A DNA stretch of 64,000 nucleotides from Gammaproteobacteria bacterium. GTDB lineage: Bacteria > Pseudomonadota > Gammaproteobacteria > Eutrophobiales > Eutrophobiaceae. The position numbers and the translations under genes were made by a program. Below are positions 29,481-39,220 of this stretch, in pieces. Where the stretch lies: contig JBLHKO010000001.1 of NCBI GenBank assembly GCA_047620145.1, forward strand, positions 9,007-73,006, given 5' to 3'. Every line of letters starts with the position of its first letter. The first letter of the stretch is position 1. Below the pieces are notes generated by a model, which worked only from the letters and a program-made list of their open reading frames with translations, made no database searches and was not told the origin of the DNA.

Positions 29481-31520
29481 ATGACTAACCCACTACTTCA
29501 GACAGACGGTTTACCACTTTTTGCTTCCATCGTGCCAATGAATATCGAACCAGCGATTGATCAAATTTTAAAAGATAGTCGCTCAGAGATTCAGGCTCTG
29601 TTACAAAACAATAAAAATGTTAGCTGGGAGAACACACTCCAGCCCATGGAAGAAATTGATGATCGGCTAAGTCGCGCCTGGTCACCAGCCAGCCACCTAC
29701 ATTCGGTTGCCGATAATGATGAATTGCGCCTAGCCTACAATGCCTGCTTACCAAAGCTATCAGACTATGCGACGGAAATGGGTCAGAACAAAGACTTGTA
29801 TCTCGCATACAAGACGGTTGCCGAGGGTGATGAATATAATTCTCTTAATGATGCTCAAAAGAAAATAATAGACAACGCCCTTCGAGAATTCAGGCTTTCA
29901 GGTGTTGAACTGGATGATGACAAGCAACAGGAATACAAGAAAATAAAACAGGAATTATCTCTTTTGCAAACCAAGTTTGAAGAAAACTTGCTGGATGCTA
30001 CGCATGCTTGGATAAAGCATATAACAGAAAAAGATGATTTGAACGGATTACCAGAATCTGCTCTGGCATTGGCAGCACAAAAAGCCGCCTCTGAAGATAA
30101 ACCAGGCTGGATATTTACCCTCGACTTTCCTTACTATATGCCTGTCATGCAATATGCTGACAACGCCGCATTACGTGAAGAGATGTATACCGCCTACATC
30201 ACTCGTGCCTCAGATCAAGGTCCTCATGCAGGTCAGTGGGATAACTCGAAGATCATGAATGAGATTCTCGCATTACGCCATCGACAAGCGGAATTACTCG
30301 GCTACAAAAGTTATGCCCATTACTCTCTTGCCAGAAAAATGGCTAGCGATACAATAGAAGTACTGGATTTTCTCAATGACCTGGCCTCGCGCTCCAGAGG
30401 TATGGCAAAACAAGAGCTGCAAGAGTTGCAGACGTTTGCAAAGTCAACGTTTGGCGTGAACCAACTACAAGCATGGGATATGGCTTATTATGCGGAAAAA
30501 CTCAGACACCATAAATATGCACTTTCACAGGAAGAATTAAGACCTTACTTTCCGGCGCCTCAAGTTATTGAGGGATTATTTACCATTGTTAAGCGTCTCT
30601 ATGGTATTGAGGTGAAAGCAAGAAAAGGTGTCGAAGTCTGGCATGATGATGTTCGCTTTTTTGATATCTTCGATAACACGGGATCTTTACGTGGCGGATT
30701 TTATCTGGATCTGTACGCCCGATCAGGCAAACGTGGTGGTGCCTGGATGGATGAGTGTGTCGTCCGCAAAAAATCTGCATCGACTATCCAGACCCCTGTC
30801 GCCTACATCACCTGTAATTTTTCTCCACCTGTAGGCAAAGATCCGGCATTGCTCACACATGATGAAGTCATAACTTTGTTTCACGAGTTTGGTCATGGCT
30901 TGCATCATATGCTGACATTGGTCGACTACCCCAGTGTCTCTGGTATTAACGGTGTGCCATGGGATGCGGTTGAACTCCCAAGTCAGTTTATGGAGAACTG
31001 GTGCTGGGAACGTGAAGCACTTGACCTTATCGGCCGACATTACCAAACAGGCGAATTAATCAGTGATGCCATTTTTGAAAAAATGATCGCCGCCAAAAAT
31101 TTCCAAACCGGGATGCAAATGGTACGACAGCTGGAATTTTCCCTGTTCGATTTCCGACTACATCTGGAATTCGATACTAAAACAGCAATTAATGTCCAAG
31201 CGCTACTGGATAGTGTGAGGCAACAGGTCGCCGTGGTGTTCCCGCCCGAATTCAACCGGTTTCAACACAGCTTTTCTCATATATTCGCAGGCGGCTACGC
31301 GGCGGGGTATTATAGTTACAAATGGGCTGAAGTATTATCAGCAGATGCCTTTTCAAAATTTGAGGAAAATGGGATTTTTAATGCAGATACCGGAAATGAA
31401 TTTTTGCATACCATCCTCGAACAAGGGGGCGTAAAGGAACCCATGGAAATGTTTATTAACTTCAGAGGTCGTCAACCAAGCATTGATGCCTTGTTGAAAC
31501 ATTCGGGTATTGCGGCATAA
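29481..31520 (+). CDS. prlC: oligopeptidase A (M3 family)
   Basis: The track starts at GTG 29469. ATG 29481 gives MTNPLLQ, matching the usual PrlC N-terminus. HEFGH zinc motif. Confidence 0.93.
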   Translation: MTNPLLQTDGLPLFASIVPMNIEPAIDQILKDSRSEIQALLQNNKNVSWENTLQPMEEIDDRLSRAWSPASHLHSVADNDELRLAYNACLPKLSDYATEMGQNKDLYLAYKTVAEGDEYNSLNDAQKKIIDNALREFRLSGVELDDDKQQEYKKIKQELSLLQTKFEENLLDATHAWIKHITEKDDLNGLPESALALAAQKAASEDKPGWIFTLDFPYYMPVMQYADNAALREEMYTAYITRASDQGPHAGQWDNSKIMNEILALRHRQAELLGYKSYAHYSLARKMASDTIEVLDFLNDLASRSRGMAKQELQELQTFAKSTFGVNQLQAWDMAYYAEKLRHHKYALSQEELRPYFPAPQVIEGLFTIVKRLYGIEVKARKGVEVWHDDVRFFDIFDNTGSLRGGFYLDLYARSGKRGGAWMDECVVRKKSASTIQTPVAYITCNFSPPVGKDPALLTHDEVITLFHEFGHGLHHMLTLVDYPSVSGINGVPWDAVELPSQFMENWCWEREALDLIGRHYQTGELISDAIFEKMIAAKNFQTGMQMVRQLEFSLFDFRLHLEFDTKTAINVQALLDSVRQQVAVVFPPEFNRFQHSFSHIFAGGYAAGYYSYKWAEVLSADAFSKFEENGIFNADTGNEFLHTILEQGGVKEPMEMFINFRGRQPSIDALLKHSGIAA

Positions 31521-31620
31521 TCAGCAGATTGCTTTGATTAGGATTAATATGATATTCCATATTTCGATTGCTTCTGTAAACAACTCCTGTAGAGACGCAG
31601 TCTGCAGAAGCGTTGCATTC

Positions 31621-32331
31621 ATGTTTTTCCTTATTACCTTTCTTCCACTCCAGCTACAGGCCGAAACGGTCTATATCACCGATAGCTTGCTAGTTGGACT
31701 ACACGAAGAAAAATCCATTGATAGTGCGATTTTGAAAGTTCTTCCTACTGGCACGCCCTTGGAAGTTATCGAGCGCGATGGCGAGTCTGTGAATGTTCGA
31801 GACACTGAAGGTGACCTTGGGTGGATCAGTAACAGTTACCTGATAAGCAATGATCCTAGTAAAAATGGAAGCATGGATTCAAGCGCCGCACAGGAGAGAA
31901 TCAGGGCATTAGAAGCTGAGTTACAAAATACCAAGATGCTGCAGGAAGAATCCGAACAAGACCCGACAAAAAACGCTAATGAAACAGTAAAATTAAAAGC
32001 TGAAAACGAAAACCTCAGACAACAAATAAAATCTGACAAATTAAAATCAGGTGAACTACAGGCCAATCTTGCAGAATTGAGGAATCAAATCAGCCAAGGC
32101 GGCAGCAACCATCAATTCACAGATAAAATAAAACTGCTGACAGATACAAATACCCAACTTGAAGATGACATCAAACAGCTACAAACAGGCAGTAAAACAA
32201 CAGAGTCTGCGATAGATAGTATTTACAATCTGCTCATTGTGTCGGGCATTACACTCATAATTGGTCTGCTGGTTGGAATTATTATTATGATTTCGCGAGA
32301 GAAACGCCGACTTGGTGGGTTAAAGCTCTAG
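31621..32331 (+). CDS. bacterial SH3-domain membrane protein (YgiM-like)
   Basis: The track start 31510 overlaps prlC. ATG 31621 gives signal peptide MFFLITFLPLQLQA (31549 is an alternative start). The protein has an SH3-like region, a long coiled coil and a C-terminal TM helix. Confidence 0.75.
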   Translation: MFFLITFLPLQLQAETVYITDSLLVGLHEEKSIDSAILKVLPTGTPLEVIERDGESVNVRDTEGDLGWISNSYLISNDPSKNGSMDSSAAQERIRALEAELQNTKMLQEESEQDPTKNANETVKLKAENENLRQQIKSDKLKSGELQANLAELRNQISQGGSNHQFTDKIKLLTDTNTQLEDDIKQLQTGSKTTESAIDSIYNLLIVSGITLIIGLLVGIIIMISREKRRLGGLKL

Positions 32332-32377
32332 ATTTTCAAGCGTTGCAGTTATTAATCAATATTGACGTGTATCACAC

Positions 32378-33148
32378 ATGCTCCGAATAGCCACCTGGAA
32401 TGTGAACTCCCTACGCGTGAGATTACCCCACGTATTGCAATGGCTTGACTCTGAACAACCTGACGTCCTCGCACTGCAAGAAACAAAGTTGACTGACGAA
32501 AACTTCCCCGTGGAAGAAATTCGTAATGCCGGATATCACGTAAGCTTTAGTGGCCAAAAAACCTACAACGGGGTAGCGACCCTGAGTAAAACCGAAGCAG
32601 CTAATGTGCAGACTAACTTTCCAGGCTTTGATGACCCGCAACGACGACTTCTTTGCACCACCATTGATAATGTAACAATACTCAATCTATATATTCCCAA
32701 TGGTTCTGAAGTAGATACAGATAAATACCGTTACAAGCTGGAATGGTTAGCTCACTTACAAAAGTTTACCGAGTCGCTGGTCAATAAATATGAAAACGTC
32801 GTTTTGCTAGGCGATTTTAATATTGCGCCAGAAGATCGCGACGTCCATGACCCGGAAGCCTGGGAGGGGAAAATCCTTGTCAGTCCATCTGAAAGAGTGG
32901 CATTCCAGTCACTCTTGAAAAACAGTCTGGTTGATTGTTTCAGAATATTTCAGCAAGAAGACCATAGCTTTTCTTGGTGGGATTATCGTGCGGGAGCTTA
33001 TCCACGCAACCTGGGGCTACGTATTGACCATATACTGGCAACGGATACACTTGCCGAGTTATGCACTGCGTGTCGAATCGATAAAACGCCGAGGGGCCTC
33101 GAAAGACCTTCTGATCACACGCCTGTGATTGCTGAATTTGATGACTAA
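32378..33148 (+). CDS. xthA: exodeoxyribonuclease III
   Basis: 256 aa with WNVNSLR, LQETK, GDFNIAP and SDHTPV motifs. Confidence 0.93.
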   Translation: MLRIATWNVNSLRVRLPHVLQWLDSEQPDVLALQETKLTDENFPVEEIRNAGYHVSFSGQKTYNGVATLSKTEAANVQTNFPGFDDPQRRLLCTTIDNVTILNLYIPNGSEVDTDKYRYKLEWLAHLQKFTESLVNKYENVVLLGDFNIAPEDRDVHDPEAWEGKILVSPSERVAFQSLLKNSLVDCFRIFQQEDHSFSWWDYRAGAYPRNLGLRIDHILATDTLAELCTACRIDKTPRGLERPSDHTPVIAEFDD

Positions 33149-33315
33149 TCCGGTTTTAAGCATTTTTGGATATTAGTAATACCAAAATCTCTTGCCTGAG
33201 GTCACTGTTTTTAATACACTCCTACACCCTGATCACATGACTATCTGTATTATAAGACCTGCGGATAGGAAAAGTTCGAACAACTACCGAAAAATTACTT
33301 GAAAATTAAGCTGTT

Positions 33316-33516
33316 ATGAAAACTAATATACACCCTGCTTACGAAGAAATTGATGTTAAATGTAGCTGTGGTAATGCCTTCAAAACCAAATCTACACTGA
33401 AAGATGAACTACACCTTGATGTCTGCTCACAATGCCATCCTTTCTATACGGGCAAACAAAAGATGCTCGATACCGCAGGACGTGTTGATAAATTCAACAA
33501 AAAGTACGGAATGTAA
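33316..33516 (+). CDS. rpmE: 50S ribosomal protein L31 (zinc-binding type)
   Basis: 66 aa: [26 protein letters not shown]. Confidence 0.95.
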   Translation: MKTNIHPAYEEIDVKCSCGNAFKTKSTLKDELHLDVCSQCHPFYTGKQKMLDTAGRVDKFNKKYGM

Positions 33517-33548
33517 ACATCATTAAGGGACTTCGCTTCCTTAATTTT

Positions 33549-33576
33549 AAAAGCGCTCACTATGGGCGCTTTTTTA
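33549..33576 (+). terminator. rho-independent terminator after rpmE
   Basis: AAGCGC / GCGCTT stem with a 9-nt loop, followed by TTTTTATTT. Confidence 0.6.
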
Positions 33577-33699
33577 TTTGCCTCCTGAATTAATCTGCCT
33601 TACTGTAAGTCAGTCTTATACTCGTCCCAATCATGAAATAAACACATTATTTAAGTAATGGAACTGTTCTTTTCAAACTAATGTCATAAAATCAAACTT

Positions 33700-35160
33700 A
33701 TGAAAAACATCTCTTATTCACTACTTCTACTTATTTTAATTAATGTCAGTGCTTGTGCAGTAAACCCGGCGACGGGTGGTAATGACCTGGTTCTAATGTC
33801 AGAAGAAAATGAAATTGCTCTCGGCCGAAAAACGCATAAAGAAATACTCCAGCAATACAGTGTCTATGACAATCCTCAACTCCAGTCCTACGTCAGCAGC
33901 GTCGGTGAAGAGCTAGCAAAAAACAGTCACCGTAGTAACCTGATTTATCGATTTACGGTGCTCGATAGCAAAGACATTAACGCCTTCGCTTTGCCCGGAG
34001 GCTACATCTACATTACACGTGGTCTGATGGCTTACCTCAATTCAGAAGCACAACTTGCTGCGGTGTTGGGGCACGAAATTGGTCACGTTACCGCCAGGCA
34101 TTCCGTTAGACAATACAGCGCCGCGCAACTAACGGGTATTGGTTCAACTCTGGCCTCGATTTTCATTCCAGGCATGAACCTGGTTGGGGGACAATTAATG
34201 CAAGTATTAGGTTCCGCGCTACTCAGTGGCTACGGCAGAGAACATGAGTTAGAAGCTGATAAACTCGGCGCAGAATATGCTGCAAGAACAAATTATGATT
34301 CTGAAGCCATGCTTGATGTCATCCGGGTGCTAAAAAATCAAGAAACTTTTGGAAAACTACAGGCAAAATCAGAGGGGCGTGAGCCTCAAAATTACCATGG
34401 CTTGTTCTCAACACACCCAGATAATGACACTCGATTACAAGAAGTGATTGCTCACGCCAAGCAATACCAAAACAAAACAGGCACCAAAAAAGGCGAAGAA
34501 ATCTATCTGCAGAAAATTGATGGACTTATTTTTGGAGACAACCCGGAACAGGGCATCACCAGAGGTAATCATTTTTACCACGAATCATTAAATATCAGTC
34601 TTGCCTTTCCCAACAAATGGAATATCACAAATCTGCCTGATAAGCTGATCAGCACTGCGCCTCAAGGCGTGGCCACGCAACAGATGCTGTTGGAAGATAT
34701 CAATAAAAAAATATCTCCCAAAGAATTTATGATTCAGCGACTCGGTCTTACAGAATTAAGAAATGACAAACCGCTTAAAATTAACGGACTTGAAGCACAC
34801 ACGGGTATTACAACAATTAAGACCGGGGATGGGCAACGAGATGCCAGGATCACCGTTATCTATTTCAACAACCAGGCATACATTTTACTTGGCGTGACCA
34901 AAGACCCCAAGACCATGTCTCATTATGATGCTGCATTTATGGCAACCGCCAATAGCTTCCATCGCATGACAGATGAAGAACACGCGCTAGCCACCCCATT
35001 ACGTTTGAAAACCGTAAAATCCACCCCAAAAATGGATTTCAATTCACTAGCCAAGCAGTCTCCTCTGGAAAAGTATCAGGAAGAACAACTACGCCTTCTG
35101 AATGGTTTATATCCACAGGGTAAGGCCAACTCTAAATCATTGCTGAAGATCATCAATTAG
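33700..35160 (+). CDS. M48-family zinc metalloprotease, probable lipoprotein
   Basis: 486 aa with signal/lipobox INVSAC. HEIGH motif with a downstream E..ELEADK. Confidence 0.85.
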   Translation: MKNISYSLLLLILINVSACAVNPATGGNDLVLMSEENEIALGRKTHKEILQQYSVYDNPQLQSYVSSVGEELAKNSHRSNLIYRFTVLDSKDINAFALPGGYIYITRGLMAYLNSEAQLAAVLGHEIGHVTARHSVRQYSAAQLTGIGSTLASIFIPGMNLVGGQLMQVLGSALLSGYGREHELEADKLGAEYAARTNYDSEAMLDVIRVLKNQETFGKLQAKSEGREPQNYHGLFSTHPDNDTRLQEVIAHAKQYQNKTGTKKGEEIYLQKIDGLIFGDNPEQGITRGNHFYHESLNISLAFPNKWNITNLPDKLISTAPQGVATQQMLLEDINKKISPKEFMIQRLGLTELRNDKPLKINGLEAHTGITTIKTGDGQRDARITVIYFNNQAYILLGVTKDPKTMSHYDAAFMATANSFHRMTDEEHALATPLRLKTVKSTPKMDFNSLAKQSPLEKYQEEQLRLLNGLYPQGKANSKSLLKIIN

Positions 35161-35180
35161 CCCAATTTTTCGCTAAAAAA

Positions 35181-35222
35181 AGCCGAAGTTAGCTTGTATG
35201 CTTAAACTAACTTCTAGCTTTT
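35181..35222 (+). terminator. hairpin/terminator after the M48 gene
   Basis: GAAGTTAG (35185-35192) pairs with CTAACTTC (35207-35214), followed by TAGCTTTTC. The loop is long (14 nt), so this call is only moderately convincing. Confidence 0.4.
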
Positions 35223-35258
35223 CTTAGTTAAGCCATTGCTGTCATTAGCAATCGAATA

Positions 35259-35293
35259 TTATCCACAATTTCTGTGGATAACTCTGTGCATGA
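35259..35293. promoter_or_regulatory. cluster of DnaA boxes (perfect inverted pair plus a third imperfect box)
   Basis: TTATCCACA (35259-35267), 5 nt, TGTGGATAA (35273-35281), 3 nt, then TGTGCATGA (35285-35293, 7/9). A further TGTGCATAA lies at 35465-35473. Confidence 0.6.
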
Positions 35294-35552
35294 GATGAGT
35301 ACAGTAGCCTTCAAATGGCTTAAATATTAACTTTGTAACAAAACTGTCATTATTTAACCGATTATTATTTTAGTCTATAATTCAATTAGTTATACGTACT
35401 TCTTCAGTTGCAGGGCATTTCAAATCAGCAAAATAACGGGCAGCCATCATTGGGCCCTGTAAATTGTGCATAAAGTGATTCTTAAACCTTAATTTTTGCA
35501 GCCTATCTGAACTTTCCGACACTATCTCAGTCCTAAAATCAAGTAAGTTTTA

Positions 35553-35659
35553 CTACTCTTTTCCCCAAAAGAGTAGAGTTAGAACCTCGGCCTCCCCAGC
35601 CGGGTAATCTTGGCCCCGGTATGCCCTCCCTCCCTATGATGCGCCGGGGCCTTTTTTTT
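35553..35659 (+). ncRNA. candidate small RNA (3' core: two hairpins plus a terminator, all with C-rich loops); 5' end unknown
   Basis: Hairpin 1: CTACTCTTTT-CCCC-AAAAGAGTAG (35553-35576). Hairpin 2: CTCGGC-CTCCCCA-GCCGGG (35586-35604). Terminator: GGCCCCGG...CCGGGGCC followed by T8 (35612-35659), with CCCTCCCTCCCT in its loop. A possible -10 TATAAT lies at 35376-35381. Confidence 0.4.
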
Positions 35660-35687
35660 GACTGATATGATAAAAAGCTGGTGAAAC

Positions 35688-36284
35688 CTAATGATAATCA
35701 AACCAGTCATCAAGCACGTCTCGAGCCTCATCGGCCCCATTTCGTTTTAATGCTGAAAATAATTGAACCGTCACCAAATCATTATTCAAACGCCGTTTGA
35801 GCTGTTGTAATTGCTGCATCCCAGCACCACGAGAGAGTTTATCTGCTTTATTCAATAGTATATGTGTCGGCAGTCCGACTTCGAGTGACCAATCAATCAT
35901 TTGCTGATCATCCGGTTTCAACGGATGCCTGATATCCATTATCAACATCAGACCTGACAATGCTTCTCTTTCCTGAAAATATTTATTCAGTGTTGCCCCC
36001 CAATGCTTGCGCATGGCGACAGGTACCTTTGCATAACCATAACCGGGAAGATCGACCAAGCGTCGCTCATCATCCAATACAAAGATATTCATCTGTTGCG
36101 TCCGTCCGGGTGTTTTACTGATCCGCGCCAGCTTTGAATTTGCAGTAATCACATTAAGCACACTGGATTTACCAGCATTTGACCTCCCTGCAAACGCGAC
36201 TTCAGTGCCTATATCGTCAGGCAATTGCTTAACTTCATGAGCACCCATAAGAAATGTGCTCTTGTTATAGTGGTTTTTTGACAA
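35688..36284 (-). CDS. engB: ribosome biogenesis GTPase YihA/EngB
   Basis: 198 aa with G1 GRSNAGKSS, G3 DLPGYG and G4 NKADK. Divergent from cytochrome c4, as in Pseudomonas. Confidence 0.93.
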   Translation of the reverse strand: MSKNHYNKSTFLMGAHEVKQLPDDIGTEVAFAGRSNAGKSSVLNVITANSKLARISKTPGRTQQMNIFVLDDERRLVDLPGYGYAKVPVAMRKHWGATLNKYFQEREALSGLMLIMDIRHPLKPDDQQMIDWSLEVGLPTHILLNKADKLSRGAGMQQLQQLKRRLNNDLVTVQLFSALKRNGADEARDVLDDWFDYH

Positions 36285-36447
36285 CTTTTGTCTCCAAAAA
36301 AGCAGTAATAGTACACGTACGTGTCGATATTGAGTAAAATGCAGCCTTGCTAGTCAGTCTTTTAATTATTGGGTAAGAATAATCCTTACATTCCGTAAAG
36401 TTACCAGACAGAAAAATAACATTCATTTTCAGGATTCGACAGTCATT

Positions 36448-37050
36448 ATGAAACAAGTATTAACGTTTACATCACTATTTTTATTTATTTTCTCCTGCCA
36501 AGTTTTTGCAGGTGATGTCGCTGCAGGAAAACAAAAATCAACAACCTGTGCTGCTTGTCACGGTGCCGATGGAAATAGTATCAATCCCGTTTGGCCTAAA
36601 TTGGCAGGCCAACACCCAGAGTATATCTTTAAGCAACTCAAAGATTTTCACGCAGGCGATAGAGAGAATATTCAAATGAGCCCACTTGCCGCAACCCTTA
36701 GTGAAGAAGACATGCAGGATCTCGCCGCTTACTATTCTTCACAAAAAACCAAAATCGGCATGGCTAGTGCTCATTCTTTGGATATGGGTGAAAAAATTTA
36801 TCGCGCAGGAGACGCTAGCAAAGGACTCCCCGCATGTATGGCTTGCCATGGACCCACAGGTGCTGGCAATCCTGCTGCTGCTTTCCCGGCGGTAAGTGGA
36901 CAGCATGCTGAATACACCAAATTACAATTATTGGCTTTCCGAGATAATAAACGTACCAACGATACCAACAAAGCTATGCAAATAGTCTCGGGAAAAATGA
37001 CCACTGCTGAAATTGATGCTGTTGCCAATTACATACAGGGTCTGCACTAG
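36448..37050 (+). CDS. dihaem cytochrome c4
   Basis: 200 aa with a signal peptide and two CxxCH motifs (CAACH, CMACH). Confidence 0.9.
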   Translation: MKQVLTFTSLFLFIFSCQVFAGDVAAGKQKSTTCAACHGADGNSINPVWPKLAGQHPEYIFKQLKDFHAGDRENIQMSPLAATLSEEDMQDLAAYYSSQKTKIGMASAHSLDMGEKIYRAGDASKGLPACMACHGPTGAGNPAAAFPAVSGQHAEYTKLQLLAFRDNKRTNDTNKAMQIVSGKMTTAEIDAVANYIQGLH

Positions 37051-37167
37051 GGCTAATTTATAAACCAAGCTCTCTACGAATTGTTAGACAGATTCCTCGT
37101 ATAGTCGCTGCGGTGTATATGCATATGCGAGGCATCTGAATATTAATTTCCCCATACTTTCTTTATC

Positions 37168-39138
37168 ATGAAGGGTTTATCAAATATCTTCTTCCGCTTC
37201 ATGGGTTCCATGAATCTGGCGATTACCTTGCTCGTTGCCGTTGCGCTATCTTCTATCATTGGCACACTACTCAAACAAAACGAACCCTATCAAAACTACA
37301 TCATCAAATTCGGGCCTTTCTGGCATGAAGTTTACCAATCACTAGGTCTGTACGATGTTTATAGTAGCGCCTGGTTTATCGGCATCCTGTCTTTTCTGGT
37401 TCTAACAACAAGCATCTGTGTCATACAAAATGGTCCGGGTATTCTACGTAGTATCCGACAATTCAGAGCAGATATAACGGCTCAGTCTTTACGAACAATG
37501 AAGCAACACGAAGAATGGCTTTGTGAGATCGACATCGACGAGGCTTTTAATGGCCTCAGTTATTTTTTCAAAAAATCAGGCTATCGAATACGCACACATA
37601 AAAGTGAACAGGGCTATACCCTAGCTGCCATGCATGGGGCGAGCAATCGTATGGGCTATATCCTCACACATCTCGCTATTATAGTTATCTGCGTGGGCGG
37701 ATTAATTGATGGCAATCTGCCATTAAAAATTAAAGCGCTTACAGGCCAGTTAATTATTGAAAAAGATAATAATGCCCCCGTATCTGATATACCTGAATCA
37801 AGTGTTCTAGACGCTGACAATCCATCATTCAGAGCCAGCGTGACAATCCCTGAAGGAAAAAAAGTCAATGTTGCTTTTCTAAATATTGCAGACGGCTATC
37901 TGGTACAAAAATTACCTTTCTCAATCGAAATACTGGATTTTCGAATTGAGCATTACGACAGTGGTCAACCCAAATCATTCGAAAGCGATCTGGTGATACA
38001 TGATCCAGAAACCAGGACATCTCTTGCCGAAACAATATCAGTCAATCACCCATTAAGTTACAAAGGTTATACGATTTATCAGGCGAGTTTCGCTGATGGC
38101 GGCTCAACACTTGATATGCAGATACATCAACTCCGTGATAAGGATATGGATTCACTTCAAATAAGCGGACACATCAATGAAACATTATCGATAAATACAG
38201 GTAACGATCCACTTAAGCTGGAACTTGATGAATTTCGTTTATTCAATATATTCCCCGTTGCCGAAGATGAAGCTACAAATAAAAAATTCAGAGATCAGGG
38301 GCCGAACTTTACATTTAAATTAAGAAAACAAGACGGTAGCGCCATTGAATTCGTTAACTATATGTACCCATTGATGATTGGTGACCACAATTATTTCTTA
38401 AGCGGCACGCGTGCATCACCTACAGATGAATTTAAATATCTGCATATCCCTGCTGACCATAATGACTCACTTAATCGTTTTCTGAAATTTCAGGCGTTAT
38501 TGCGAGATGATGAAACGATACAGCAGGCCGCCGAATCGATTGCGAAAAAAGATAATATCTCACAAACAAATGAGCAATTCATAAACGCCACTCAGTCACT
38601 CATTTCCCTATTTTTGTCTGGCGGTTTTGAAGCCATTCAAACTCATTTAAAAACTAATGTCCCTGAAGAAGAGCAAGACTCCGTCTCTGAGATTTATATA
38701 AAAATATTACAAAACACATTACAACAAGTGTTTTTCGATATGCTGGTGGCTGAAGGAGTTGAAATTACAGAAGAACAAAGTCAGCAAGATATTCGTTTTT
38801 TTCAAGATACTATGCTTGCACTCTCCTCCATGCCATTCTATCAATCACCTTTCTATCTGGAACTGGAAAATTTTGAACACAAGCAAGCGACAGGCTTACA
38901 AATCACCCGAACGCCTGGCAAGATCTATGTATACATCGGATTCGCCATGCTGATTTCGGGAGTTTTTCTGTTATTTTATGTTTCGTATCAGAGGTGCTGG
39001 ATCATTCTGGAAAGACAGGGGAATGTCACTAGAATACTAGTCGCTGGTACATCAAATCGACATAAAACAGAATTTTCTGAAAAATTTAAACAAATGACTG
39101 GCATAATAAAAGCTGAGTTGAAACCGATCGATAATTAA
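37168..39138 (+). CDS. ccsB: cytochrome c biogenesis protein (system II) ResB/CcsB
   Basis: 656 aa with N-terminal TM helices, a large periplasmic domain and a C-terminal TM helix. Directly precedes ccsA. Confidence 0.85.
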   Translation: MKGLSNIFFRFMGSMNLAITLLVAVALSSIIGTLLKQNEPYQNYIIKFGPFWHEVYQSLGLYDVYSSAWFIGILSFLVLTTSICVIQNGPGILRSIRQFRADITAQSLRTMKQHEEWLCEIDIDEAFNGLSYFFKKSGYRIRTHKSEQGYTLAAMHGASNRMGYILTHLAIIVICVGGLIDGNLPLKIKALTGQLIIEKDNNAPVSDIPESSVLDADNPSFRASVTIPEGKKVNVAFLNIADGYLVQKLPFSIEILDFRIEHYDSGQPKSFESDLVIHDPETRTSLAETISVNHPLSYKGYTIYQASFADGGSTLDMQIHQLRDKDMDSLQISGHINETLSINTGNDPLKLELDEFRLFNIFPVAEDEATNKKFRDQGPNFTFKLRKQDGSAIEFVNYMYPLMIGDHNYFLSGTRASPTDEFKYLHIPADHNDSLNRFLKFQALLRDDETIQQAAESIAKKDNISQTNEQFINATQSLISLFLSGGFEAIQTHLKTNVPEEEQDSVSEIYIKILQNTLQQVFFDMLVAEGVEITEEQSQQDIRFFQDTMLALSSMPFYQSPFYLELENFEHKQATGLQITRTPGKIYVYIGFAMLISGVFLLFYVSYQRCWIILERQGNVTRILVAGTSNRHKTEFSEKFKQMTGIIKAELKPIDN

Positions 39139-39220
39139 CTTCCTATAAATCTGTAGGGCTATGCGTGCAACAAAACTCTTATTTATGCATCAAACGGTCA
39201 AATAATTACAAAATATTACA

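Noticed and set aside
35259-35473. Chromosomal replication origin (oriC), suggested by the DnaA boxes next to an AT-rich stretch (35320-35400).
   Set aside because: Only three or four boxes are present. I see no repeated AT-rich 13-mer-like unwinding elements and no GATC sites in the spacer. There is no dnaA, rpmH, gidA or mioC context. A regulatory or DnaA-titration or DnaA-reactivation site is more plausible.
35540-35660. Reading the hairpin region on the minus strand as a CsrA/RsmA-sponge RNA. On that strand the loops expose GGGG, GGGGAG and AGGGAGGGAGGG.
   Set aside because: The T8 run follows the GC stem only on the + strand. On the minus strand the stem is preceded by an A-run, and no U-tract follows it. 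That strand would also be the immediate 3' flank of engB. I kept it as a fallback only if RNA-seq shows minus-strand signal.
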